A stretch of 64,000 nt of DNA from Eubacterium sp. (GCA_017614395.1 JAGABX010000039.1:982-64981), one strand, 5' to 3'. Positions 18,667 to 27,541 are shown, numbered from the stretch's first letter. Notes: generated by a model from the sequence alone, not told the origin. Translations and numbers: made by a program.

Positions 18667-19570
18667 AGACGCGCCACCTTTCCCAAATCATTTTCCAAAT
18701 CTTATCCAGCCATGCGTCCGGGAGGACACCCTCCAGATCAAAAAGGATTACATCACGGTCGGATTCCTGCAGGGGACGGCTGGTCCATGTACCTGAGACA
18801 GATTCGTTATCTAAGCCGGACTGCTGAATCAGGTTGCCGGATCGGGTTTTCGAGACAGATTTATCATTATCGTCAGACAGCAAAACCCGGCTGCCGGATT
18901 GGCTTCCCGAAATCAGTTTCAGGTTTTCATATGCTGACCGCCCGCCGATAAAGCTTTGGACAGGGAGGTCAGCCATTATATCAAAAGCCTCCATCTCGGA
19001 ATCCGTATGACATGAAAACATCAGCGAGAGACCGTGATCATAGAGAGGAGCCAGCCGGACGCTTTTTCCGGAGCCTTTCAAAACCTCGATGTTTGCTCCG
19101 TGTCTGTCCCTGTTCAGGATCAAAAAATCAGTCATCAGCATGGAGTTAATTATATCGGTCCAGCCCATCCTGTGACAAAATTCAATGGGGGTTTCATTGG
19201 CTTTTTTGCACTGCTGATAGTAAATGTCAAAAGCGACCTTTCTCTCGCCGGGCCGTTTGAAATCCTCGGAAACGCAGATATAGGTTGAAATTCGCGCTCC
19301 ATCAACAACTATGTCTGCATTAATAAGACGGTATGGTACATGATCTATGCCAAGGGTAGTCAGTAGCCGGTCGACAATTATCTCGTTCACTGACTCATGA
19401 CCCACCACGCCGTTCAAAGCTTCGTAATTCGACATTTTATAATACTTTTTTGTTCCATCGAGATCTGAGTATGCTTTTAAAAACGAGCCTGCCGTTCCGG
19501 ATGTATGCCGGTATCGTGACCAGGTCAGATGTGTCAGATCCTGTTTTTCATGTATGATTTTATCGTCCAT
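18641..19570 (-). CDS. Short HipA-family (HipT-like) Ser/Thr kinase, putative toxin
   Basis: Gly-rich loop SGTAGSFLK, catalytic loop LNRDRHGAN (D-x-H-x-x-N) and LAPLYDHG. At 309 aa it has no HipA N-terminal subdomain. GGAGG Shine-Dalgarno site. Confidence 0.7.
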   Translation of the reverse strand: MDDKIIHEKQDLTHLTWSRYRHTSGTAGSFLKAYSDLDGTKKYYKMSNYEALNGVVGHESVNEIIVDRLLTTLGIDHVPYRLINADIVVDGARISTYICVSEDFKRPGERKVAFDIYYQQCKKANETPIEFCHRMGWTDIINSMLMTDFLILNRDRHGANIEVLKGSGKSVRLAPLYDHGLSLMFSCHTDSEMEAFDIMADLPVQSFIGGRSAYENLKLISGSQSGSRVLLSDDNDKSVSKTRSGNLIQQSGLDNESVSGTWTSRPLQESDRDVILFDLEGVLPDAWLDKIWKMIWERWRVYEDLQNYR

Positions 19571-19634
19571 TTATTTATACCTCCGGAGAGCCTCAATTAT
19601 AAACGAATCACAAGGAAAACACCTTTCAAAACAG

Positions 19635-19666
19635 AGTATAACAGAGAACTTGACATATGTCAAGTT
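19635..19666 (-). promoter_or_regulatory. Promoter plus palindromic operator of the kinase operon
   Basis: On the minus strand: TTGACA (19658-19663), a 17-nt spacer, then TATACT (19635-19640). The perfect 20-bp palindrome AACTTGACATATGTCAAGTT (19647-19666) covers the -35 box and the upstream part of the spacer. Confidence 0.6.
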
Positions 19667-19831
19667 GATAAAAGTGTGGGTGTAAGTGCTTGACGAGATT
19701 GTGTCAAATATGATATAATTATCAAACAAAACAAGTTTTGTTATGATATTATGAGAGATATTGATATAATAGTATAATTATCCGATACGATATGATGAGA
19801 TAAAAATCTCGCTATTGAGGAAGGAGCAATA

Positions 19832-20617
19832 ATGAGAAAGCTTAACAAAAACCTAAAGGATATGATAGAAAAAACAGGGTTGGATATTGAACAATTACCG
19901 GAAGATAATCTATTGGGCGCACAGGGAAGAATAATTGCATATTTGATCAGTACAGGTAAACTATCGTATGAACAATATAAAGAGATGTATCGGGAATTTG
20001 AAGATCGAAATGAATACATTAAAGTATTTGAAATGGCGCCGAGAACCTTTGGAGAGACATGGTTGGAAAAAAGAATCTTGGAAAAATTCCCATATACTCC
20101 GGGAACTAATGGTAAGGGATTAATTAAAGCAAAGAAAAAAGATGTTGAACGAGAGTTTCCAAACTATTCAGATCCGTTAGGAAAACCGTTTGGGAGCCAA
20201 TTTGATTTCATATGTTTTGATGGTTGCCAAAGGTATAAAGTAGAAGTCAAGGCATGTAGAGCCAATTCCGAGGAGCCTATAGACGAATTGGGGACATCCA
20301 GTTTGTCAAGTCGGGCATATTCGTATAATGAAGCGAAAAAATTCGAGTTCAAGTTTCACTTTCAGCAGATCAAGCCAGGTTTTTGTGATGTGTTTATTCT
20401 TGTTGGTGTATGTACAGACAAAATATTATATTGGATACTTACTCCAGATGAGTTGATAAAAGCAGGAGGATTATCACCGCAACACCCAACAAGCGGAATA
20501 AAAGATGTTAATGATGCTAAATTTGAAGGACAAGTATACAAACGAATAGATGACTATAAAAAGTTTCTGGTGAACGAGGGACAAATACTGGATATGATAA
20601 TCAAAAAAATGCATTGA
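19832..20617 (+). CDS. Hypothetical PD-(D/E)xK-type nuclease, candidate restriction endonuclease partner of the adjacent methyltransferase
   Basis: FDFICFDG-x10-YKVEVKACR gives a D...E-x-K core. The ORF is convergent with the MTase across a 56-bp gap and lies in an AT-rich island. An extended -10 promoter lies at TTGACG (19690) ... TGATATAAT (19711-19719). Confidence 0.5.
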   Translation: MRKLNKNLKDMIEKTGLDIEQLPEDNLLGAQGRIIAYLISTGKLSYEQYKEMYREFEDRNEYIKVFEMAPRTFGETWLEKRILEKFPYTPGTNGKGLIKAKKKDVEREFPNYSDPLGKPFGSQFDFICFDGCQRYKVEVKACRANSEEPIDELGTSSLSSRAYSYNEAKKFEFKFHFQQIKPGFCDVFILVGVCTDKILYWILTPDELIKAGGLSPQHPTSGIKDVNDAKFEGQVYKRIDDYKKFLVNEGQILDMIIKKMH

Positions 20618-20673
20618 GTAGTGCATGCTTTCAAGCAGGAGTGTGGAATAAACGGTTTTTTATATTCATTTTT

Positions 20674-22836
20674 TTAAGTGAGGAACAGGTTTCCTTCATC
20701 CATTGTCGACTTAATGATTCCATACTCTTCAGTCTTGATATTGTAAAAAGTCGCTATTATTTTATCAAGTTCATCATAGAATTTTTTTATTTCATTTGCT
20801 TTATTTGAATCAAGAATATCATCGACCAAAGCTATTATTTTGTTTTGATCCCCGGCTGATACCATCGGGATCGGAAGTTCCTCTAAATGTGCTCTCAAAA
20901 CCTTTACTGAATTAAATTGTTTTTTAAAATAAAATTGCATACATCTAGAATTTAGAACTGCCATTATGTATTTAATTTTTATATCCGGTATTTCTGGTAT
21001 AAGAATATTACAACTGTTTAGTGACAGTGTTTGTTTATCATCGTATGCAAACACAAGCTGATTACAGATAAATCTATACAATAATTTTTCAGGCGCACGA
21101 TACATTTTGGTGGGAGCCACTTGCTGAAATCTTTCTGGAGAAAACACCATATAGTTTTCTGACGGTTTGATTCGAAATTTTAACAAATCTGATCCTTTTA
21201 ATACTGTTTCGCTTTCATGTGTTTTTTCTTTTTTTATGTATTCATTATTATTTCCAGTTACAATTCCCAAAGCATATTTAGCCTGCCCTTTCAGTGTGGT
21301 TTTATTATTAAGACCACCCATTTTTTTTACAATTCTGTATTCTTCATCTGTCATAGAGAGACTAATGCAGTTAGCTGTTATTTCTCTTTCTGTCATAATC
21401 TTAAACTCTCGACTGCCGTCTGATACAATCATGCCAATACTACTAAACCCGGCCTTTTTATTTAGCATTTGCAGAATAATGCATGGACATTGAACTTTGT
21501 CGAACGCGTTCCCTATATACTCTATGTATTGGAAATCGCAACTGCTTAGAATCTTACTACGAATCATAGTATGCGTCTTAACATTCAAAATTGCTTCCGG
21601 TAAAATAAAAGATAGTATTCCATCCGGATTCAAATTGGAAAGTGCCTGTTCAACAAAAATATCATATGATTCAATACTATTACCTAAGGCTGAATAGTAC
21701 CTGCTTCTTAATTCTCTCTTATACAGATCAGAAAAATCATATCCCCACGGCGGATTTCCAATTATAAAGTCATATTCGTTTTCTTTTTCATCACAGAGAT
21801 AATCCTTTTCTGTAATATGCCCATAAACGATCTCCGGAGCATACTGATCATATTTCAAGGCGAAGTTAATTCGCGCTATCTGTACACTAATTGTATCAAT
21901 ATCGTTACCATAAACATATTCGAAGTCGATTTCATTAGGAAGTTGAAGGATAAAATTACCCGTCCCACAACACGGATCCAAAATCTTTTTTCCGACAGGA
22001 TTATTCATACTAAACAGTTTATTGCATAGTTTTTTAACAATTCTTGTTGGTGTATAATATGATCCCGTTGCTTTCCTTTCACCTATGTTTTTTAAAGAAA
22101 TATATAATAGTCCAAGCGTGTCTTCAGATGGTTCGTATTCAAATCTGTGATTAAACAACTCCGGATGTTTACTTATAATATCAAGAATACCAGTTTGGTT
22201 GTTTATGAGATCATCTATTAGATACCAACAATCATTTTCCGGTAAATTACCCTGGATATATTTACTAAGAGTATTAGAATCCGCAGTATACCCAATTTTT
22301 CTTAAAAAAAGCTGGATTGCACATTCTGAAATAACAAGGCGTAATAGGCTGTCCGTTAATTCCAGACAGGCTTCATCCACCTCATCTATTATTTTTTTAA
22401 CAATATATCGACTTTCTGATAATTCAGAAACATACGAATTGTAAATGTTATTTCCAGTAATATGCTTTTTATTTCTTCTGCTTTTTAACACTCCGTTTTT
22501 TCCGTTCTTAATTTCTTCCTTTAATGAATTCACATATGTCTGGCTAAAAAGCGGTGATCGTTTAGTTTCACAACATGGACTGATTTTCCCAAGTCTTAGC
22601 CAGTTTCGACCGGTAGCAACCGATACAGATAATTCACTACATAAATCTGAAAGTGACAATAAGTCACCTCCGTTAACACTGCGCTCATCAAGTGGTTTTA
22701 CCGCATCACTTGGTATAAGCCAAACATTACTTATCATTTGCGCCCCAGCAATTCGTCCTTCCTCACATAGTTTTTGCACTCTACGTTCTGAAATATTAAA
22801 TCGTTCCGCGGTTTGTTTTACTGATTGCAACTTCAT
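20674..22836 (-). CDS. Gamma-class N6-adenine DNA methyltransferase (Eco57I/TaqI-like) with two N-terminal HTH motifs
   Basis: Motif I ILDPCCGTGNFIL and motif IV IIGNPPWGY. A C-terminal TaqI-like target-recognition region is present. The N-terminus has SVKQTAERFNISERRVQKLCEEGRI and a second HTH, LSDLCSELSVSVATGRNWLRLGKI. AAGGAG Shine-Dalgarno site. Confidence 0.85.
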   Translation of the reverse strand: MKLQSVKQTAERFNISERRVQKLCEEGRIAGAQMISNVWLIPSDAVKPLDERSVNGGDLLSLSDLCSELSVSVATGRNWLRLGKISPCCETKRSPLFSQTYVNSLKEEIKNGKNGVLKSRRNKKHITGNNIYNSYVSELSESRYIVKKIIDEVDEACLELTDSLLRLVISECAIQLFLRKIGYTADSNTLSKYIQGNLPENDCWYLIDDLINNQTGILDIISKHPELFNHRFEYEPSEDTLGLLYISLKNIGERKATGSYYTPTRIVKKLCNKLFSMNNPVGKKILDPCCGTGNFILQLPNEIDFEYVYGNDIDTISVQIARINFALKYDQYAPEIVYGHITEKDYLCDEKENEYDFIIGNPPWGYDFSDLYKRELRSRYYSALGNSIESYDIFVEQALSNLNPDGILSFILPEAILNVKTHTMIRSKILSSCDFQYIEYIGNAFDKVQCPCIILQMLNKKAGFSSIGMIVSDGSREFKIMTEREITANCISLSMTDEEYRIVKKMGGLNNKTTLKGQAKYALGIVTGNNNEYIKKEKTHESETVLKGSDLLKFRIKPSENYMVFSPERFQQVAPTKMYRAPEKLLYRFICNQLVFAYDDKQTLSLNSCNILIPEIPDIKIKYIMAVLNSRCMQFYFKKQFNSVKVLRAHLEELPIPMVSAGDQNKIIALVDDILDSNKANEIKKFYDELDKIIATFYNIKTEEYGIIKSTMDEGNLFLT

Positions 22837-23051
22837 ATAAACAACTCCTTACGCATATAATGTAATATTATATACGAGCTTGCGAATAATGTCAACATTA
22901 ATGTACACTTGACTTTCACTCGCGTCTATGCGATAATAAAGCGGTAAACGCAAACATGTTTAGGAGCGATGAAAATGCAAGATGTCGGGAACTTTTTCTG
23001 AAAAAAAGCAGCCCGGGCAGGATTAACATTCGCTCCGGAATGGAGGTATCT

Positions 23052-23456
23052 ATGAGAAAAAGTATGAAAGCTCTCGCACTCGTGATGATTTGCGCTCTGC
23101 TGTTCGGAGCCATCGGCGTGCGCAGCAACGATTCACAGGCGTCAGGCACCTATTGGGTAACGGGTAGTTATGGCAGCTCCAAGGTTGTTTTCAACGGGAA
23201 AAAGTTCAAGTTCTCCGGCAAATGGGGGAAGGGCTCATCGCTGGATAGATCAGCGACTGCTTTTTTTGACGGAGACACGATCAATTTCAAAAAGTCGATC
23301 AAAAAAGGCAAAAACCTGCGTACAGGCACTCTCAGCGATGATATGTATTACGATGACGTGCCGAATGTTACTACCGGAACCAATCTGGTCGGGATCACCC
23401 TGCATGTCAAGATCAAGAATAACAGGGTGGTTGAGGTCATCGGATCGGCGATGTAA
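23052..23456 (+). CDS. Small secreted protein of unknown function
   Basis: MRKSMKALALVMICALLFGAIGVRS is a signal peptide. The ATG at 23052 follows GGAGG. The upstream part of the track ORF is not needed. Confidence 0.6.
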   Translation: MRKSMKALALVMICALLFGAIGVRSNDSQASGTYWVTGSYGSSKVVFNGKKFKFSGKWGKGSSLDRSATAFFDGDTINFKKSIKKGKNLRTGTLSDDMYYDDVPNVTTGTNLVGITLHVKIKNNRVVEVIGSAM

Positions 23457-23520
23457 CAGACAGTATCCGGTCGGGATATATGACGGAGATTTGGAAAGCG
23501 TGATGGAAATTAACTGAAAA

Positions 23521-25425
23521 ATGGGAAATATCAAAGCTGTTAAGTATAAAAAAAGAATAATTAGTCTTGTTTTACTGTTATCAGTATTTTTATCATCATA
23601 TATCGACTCAACGGCAAGTCGGATTGTCGGACAAACCAATGAACAGTTGAAGGACTACGCCGTCTCCTGTATAAATGCTCTCGTAGCGGAGCCGGGTGTC
23701 GGTTCCATCGGAGGGGAGTGGGCGGTGCTCACGCTCGGTCGGGCAGGTGCGGTTACGCCGGAATTCAAGGCGAAATATATGGCTCACTTACGAGAAAAAA
23801 TGTCTGCAGCGACATCGACTGTCAATGAACGCAACAGCTCTGAGAGAATAATTCGTGAATTCATTATGTGGAAAAAGAATATTCGGTTGATGTCAACGGC
23901 AGAAAACAAAACAAATACTGCATGCAGGCTGCACGAGAAAAAGGCTACGGAAAACGAGCGCGTGATCATAGCATTGTCTGCGCTGTGTGAGCCGGTTATT
24001 ATTGATGGATATGATCTGGCAGAGCCACTCTATGATTTCAGTTATACTACCGGGCAGGGCATCAACGGAGCGATATTCGGTCTGATCGCTCTCGATATGG
24101 CGGCCTACTATAGGGAAGGCGAGGCCCCGTTACAGACAACCGCAAACGATGAAGTGTCTGTCCGAGATGACCTGCTGAGATTTATACTGGAACGTGAGCT
24201 CGCCGGTGGTGGATGGACCATGATCGGAACGCAGGCGGATCCTGATATAACGTTTATGGCGTTGCAGGCTCTCGCTCCGTATTATGGCAGAGATGAACAG
24301 GTCAAGTCAGCGGTAGACAGAGTATTGACCGCGATGAGTGTGCAGACAAATATTGTTTTACAGAACACACAAACCGAAGTATCTGATGAATTTAACGGCA
24401 GAGATACGGGGGTTGCAGGGGTAGAGTCGAATTCCCTGAATAAGCCCGCCGGAACAGCTGAAACCGCCGCTCAGAAAATAGTTGCGCTCACGTCATTGGA
24501 CATAAACCCGAGAACAGATCCGAGATTTTTTGTAGATGGCAAATCAGCTGTTGACGAGTTGCTCGCCTTTCGGACTAAGGGTGGGTTCGCTCATACACTA
24601 AATAAGAATTCGAAAGGATTAACATGGTATGAGGGTGCGGAGCAGATTGAGTCTTCGGCATCTGAATCATCAGGTAATTTAGATCGAATGGCAACCGAAC
24701 AGGGCGCATATGCCTGTGTAGCGCTGTGGCTGCTGGATCATGGGAAACATCTGTATGACCATCTGATATGGGAACCCGGCAGTGGCGTTCCGCCTGTTAC
24801 ACCGGGAACAACAATCGCACCGGAATCAACGATGTCTCCGACGATGCCCACTCCAACGCCGGAGCCGGGAACCACATCGGTCACAGGTTCAGCTGATTCA
24901 GTGACGGTTTCAAATGATGATGGTTCTGTTACTACGACATCTTTTTCCTCTGATGGGAGAATATCTCAGATTGAAGTTGAAAAAAGCAATGATAACAGTA
25001 GGATCCGGTTGATCTATACCTCAACGGACGGCATAGTGATGAAACTGTCACGAGTTCGGATAAACGGCAGTTCTTATTCATCAATTTCCATAAACAGTGT
25101 AATGGATTCCGCCGGAGTCAGCCACAGGGTAATTTGTATCGTGCCGAGGGCGGTGCGAGGATCAAAACAGTTGAGGAGCGTTACTCTCGGCAGCAATATC
25201 AAAACCATAGGCAGTGCCGCATTTGAAAAGTGTTCAAATTTGAAACGTCTCACGCTGTCGGCAAAGAATCTAAAATCTATAGGTAAAAACGCGATACGTG
25301 GCATTCATCAGAGGGCAGTCATTCGTATTCAAGGAAATAACAAACAGTATAAATCCGTTGTAAAAAAAATAACTAAAAAAGCAACGGGATATGAATCGGG
25401 GATGACGATTATGAAGTTATCGTGA
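23521..25425 (+). CDS. Secreted prenyltransferase/squalene-oxidase-repeat (alpha6/alpha6 toroid) protein with Pro/Thr linker and C-terminal BspA-type leucine-rich repeats
   Basis: N-terminal signal/anchor. Toroid-type repeats are present (GGEWAVLTLGRAG, NGAIFGLIALD, GGGWTMIGTQADPDITFMALQALAPYY, GGFAH). The LRR region has TLGSNIKTIGSAAFEKCSNLKRLTLS. Confidence 0.7.
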   Translation: MGNIKAVKYKKRIISLVLLLSVFLSSYIDSTASRIVGQTNEQLKDYAVSCINALVAEPGVGSIGGEWAVLTLGRAGAVTPEFKAKYMAHLREKMSAATSTVNERNSSERIIREFIMWKKNIRLMSTAENKTNTACRLHEKKATENERVIIALSALCEPVIIDGYDLAEPLYDFSYTTGQGINGAIFGLIALDMAAYYREGEAPLQTTANDEVSVRDDLLRFILERELAGGGWTMIGTQADPDITFMALQALAPYYGRDEQVKSAVDRVLTAMSVQTNIVLQNTQTEVSDEFNGRDTGVAGVESNSLNKPAGTAETAAQKIVALTSLDINPRTDPRFFVDGKSAVDELLAFRTKGGFAHTLNKNSKGLTWYEGAEQIESSASESSGNLDRMATEQGAYACVALWLLDHGKHLYDHLIWEPGSGVPPVTPGTTIAPESTMSPTMPTPTPEPGTTSVTGSADSVTVSNDDGSVTTTSFSSDGRISQIEVEKSNDNSRIRLIYTSTDGIVMKLSRVRINGSSYSSISINSVMDSAGVSHRVICIVPRAVRGSKQLRSVTLGSNIKTIGSAAFEKCSNLKRLTLSAKNLKSIGKNAIRGIHQRAVIRIQGNNKQYKSVVKKITKKATGYESGMTIMKLS

Positions 25426-25475
25426 TGCGCGGCAATAAACCTTTGCGAGAGCGAGGACTTTTTCTGCATATTCCA

Positions 25476-25513
25476 CTTGATTTACTGCATATAATGTGAT
25501 AAATAATATGCAG
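25476..25513 (+). promoter_or_regulatory. Extended -10 promoter embedded in an inverted repeat (operator), upstream of the DUF4430/ECF genes
   Basis: The layout is TTGATT, a 17-nt spacer, then TG-n-TAAATA. The arms TTTACTGCATAT (25481-25492) and ATATGCAGTAAA (25506-25517) form a perfect 12-bp inverted repeat. The element is about 30/39 identical to 34292-34330. Confidence 0.5.
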
Positions 25514-25557
25514 TAAACTGTATGTTTTGGCACCAGTCGTAAAACAAGGAGTCATCA

Positions 25558-26592
25558 GTGAAACGATTTATTCAGCGTAACCGTTCAAAAATAATAGTCT
25601 TGTGCCTGCTGGTTGTATGCATGATCATCGGATTGTCTGCGATCAGGATTTCATCGATTGATGATACGAGACAGGAGAATGCGGTCAATGCGTCGATAGA
25701 GGATATAGTTGCGGTTGAACCGGGTGACCGGTCTCCGGGGGCAGCCGAATCGTTTCAGGACGGATTATCCCGATCCGGTTCACAGGCAGGGAATGATTTA
25801 GAAGACAGAAATCTTAACAATCCGCATGGTGCGTCAGGAGACAGTTCGCGTTCACACGTAGACTCTGACGGAAATAATAATAATTATAATAACCCTGACA
25901 GAATAAACAATAATATCAAATCAAATCAGGATACCGGCAATCAATCTGATAGAAATAACGGAAACAATAATGGTAACGGAAACACTTCCAACAATAATAA
26001 TAACAACAGTAACAATACCGATAATAATAACTCAAATTCAAACAATAACAACTCATCGAATGGAAACTGGGATAACAACAGAACCATCTCCGACGGGAGC
26101 GGACAGGGACAGGACGAATACCGGACTGATCCGGTAGATGAGGGAAAACCGGAGCCGGTCAATCGGGAAGATCAGACGGTTACAGATGAGTCGTTCACGG
26201 TATACTTATCCATAGATTGCAAAACATTACTGGATCACATGGACAGTCTCGATGAAAGCCTGAAAAAGTATGTCGGTGATGGAATCATCCTGGAAAGAAC
26301 CCCGGTTAAATGTTATTCCGGCGAATCGGTTTGGGATGTGCTCATCAGAGAGTGCAAGGCTCGCGGGATAAACCTCGAGTCCGCTGACACGCCCGTTTAC
26401 GGCTCGGAGTATGTCGAGGCAATAAACAATTTAGGTGAGTTCGACTGTGGAGAGTTGTCGGGGTGGTGCTATTCGGTTAACGGCTGGTTTCCGAATTACG
26501 GGGCTTCACGCTATGTTCTCGTCGAGGGCGAGACGATCGAATGGAGATACACATGTGATTTGGGAAGGGATGTTGGTTCGGAATGGAAATAA
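25558..26592 (+). CDS. Membrane-anchored DUF4430-domain protein with a long Asn/Ser-rich linker
   Basis: N-terminal TM helix. The low-complexity N-rich stretch is encoded at about 25860-26100. The C-terminal part has TVYLSIDCKTLL...SGWCYSVNGWFPNYGASRYVLVEGETIEWRYT, which is the DUF4430 pattern. Confidence 0.7.
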   Translation: MKRFIQRNRSKIIVLCLLVVCMIIGLSAIRISSIDDTRQENAVNASIEDIVAVEPGDRSPGAAESFQDGLSRSGSQAGNDLEDRNLNNPHGASGDSSRSHVDSDGNNNNYNNPDRINNNIKSNQDTGNQSDRNNGNNNGNGNTSNNNNNNSNNTDNNNSNSNNNNSSNGNWDNNRTISDGSGQGQDEYRTDPVDEGKPEPVNREDQTVTDESFTVYLSIDCKTLLDHMDSLDESLKKYVGDGIILERTPVKCYSGESVWDVLIRECKARGINLESADTPVYGSEYVEAINNLGEFDCGELSGWCYSVNGWFPNYGASRYVLVEGETIEWRYTCDLGRDVGSEWK

Positions 26593-27377
26593 GGCACCCG
26601 CTGACGGAATTCACCGCATATATTATTCTGCTGCTTTTTATCAGTTTTTCTCTGAGTCCGTACTCATTGGGAGTTATTTTGCTCGGACTGATCCTCATGA
26701 AGCCACGGACAATTCCCGTAGTTCTCATAGTTGTAACTCTGACAACTGTCATAAATCCTCTCGTAAATCATAAAGGAGAGACATATCTGTTTTATCTGAA
26801 TGATAACATAGTTACATTGGAATCAGTAATCTATGGAGTTGTATTGGGCATGCAGGTCAGCAGTCTGATCCTTGCGTTCAAGCTCATGTCCGATAACATG
26901 ACCTCTGATAAAATAATCTCGGTAACATCATATTTAGCACCGCCGCTGGCACTGGTATTATCCATGGCGATCCGTTCACTCGGGAGATATACCAGGAAAA
27001 CAGGCGAGGTGTATAGGCTGCAGAAAAGCTTTGCGCCGGGCGGCAATTTTTTTTACAGGATTATAGTCCTGATCAATACTTTTTCAATAATGATCGGATG
27101 GATCCTGGAAAACTCCATAGAAACGGCGGATTCCATGGTGGTCAGGGGATACGGCTCGCATCGGCGGACCACCTATCACAACATCAGGATAAGTATCAGG
27201 GATTTTCTGGAGATTCTCGTGATCATCGGGGTGTTCATTCTGTTTCTGCTGACGCGGGCTGACACGGTTATCATTCCGTTTATTTATATAGGTTTTGATG
27301 CGGTTAATCTGGTGGCAACAATAGTATTTGTTATATATTTGATAATTTACAATAAAATGCAGATAGATTATAAATGA
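26583..27377 (+). CDS. ECF transporter transmembrane (T) component, CbiQ/EcfT family
   Basis: Polytopic membrane protein. The start overlaps the DUF4430 stop by 10 nt. ECF ATPases follow. Confidence 0.7.
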   Translation: MEIRHPLTEFTAYIILLLFISFSLSPYSLGVILLGLILMKPRTIPVVLIVVTLTTVINPLVNHKGETYLFYLNDNIVTLESVIYGVVLGMQVSSLILAFKLMSDNMTSDKIISVTSYLAPPLALVLSMAIRSLGRYTRKTGEVYRLQKSFAPGGNFFYRIIVLINTFSIMIGWILENSIETADSMVVRGYGSHRRTTYHNIRISIRDFLEILVIIGVFILFLLTRADTVIIPFIYIGFDAVNLVATIVFVIYLIIYNKMQIDYK

Positions 27378-27541
27378 ATAGTAGATCCAATTAGTATTCA
27401 TAAGCCAGAAATAAACATCACAAAACAGTATAGTTCCACTGCAAATCTGTGCATGTTCTACAGGAGGCATTATAAAAATGCAATGTTTTTTGCGTTTAGT
27501 ATAAATATATCGGAACTGACATGACTAAAAAAGGAAAACAA

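Noticed and set aside
17709-22955. Calling the kinase/R-M island a mobile element
   Set aside because: The window holds no integrase, transposase or recombinase gene. I found no flanking direct repeats (att-like) and no tRNA at the borders. Only the composition shift in its right part and the gene content suggest horizontal origin.
22837-23051. Possible cobalamin riboswitch ahead of the secreted-protein/ECF cluster
   Set aside because: I found a leader hairpin (GGAGCGA at 22962 pairing with TCGCTCC at 23029). I found no B12-box-like GCCACTG core and none of the flanking conserved stretches. A covariance-model scan would be needed, so no call is made.
25860-26100. Highly repetitive AAT/AAC-rich DNA that superficially looks like a tandem repeat array
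   Set aside because: It lies in frame inside the DUF4430 protein ORF and encodes an Asn/Ser-rich linker. There is no fixed repeat unit and no spacers, so it is neither a CRISPR array nor a satellite.
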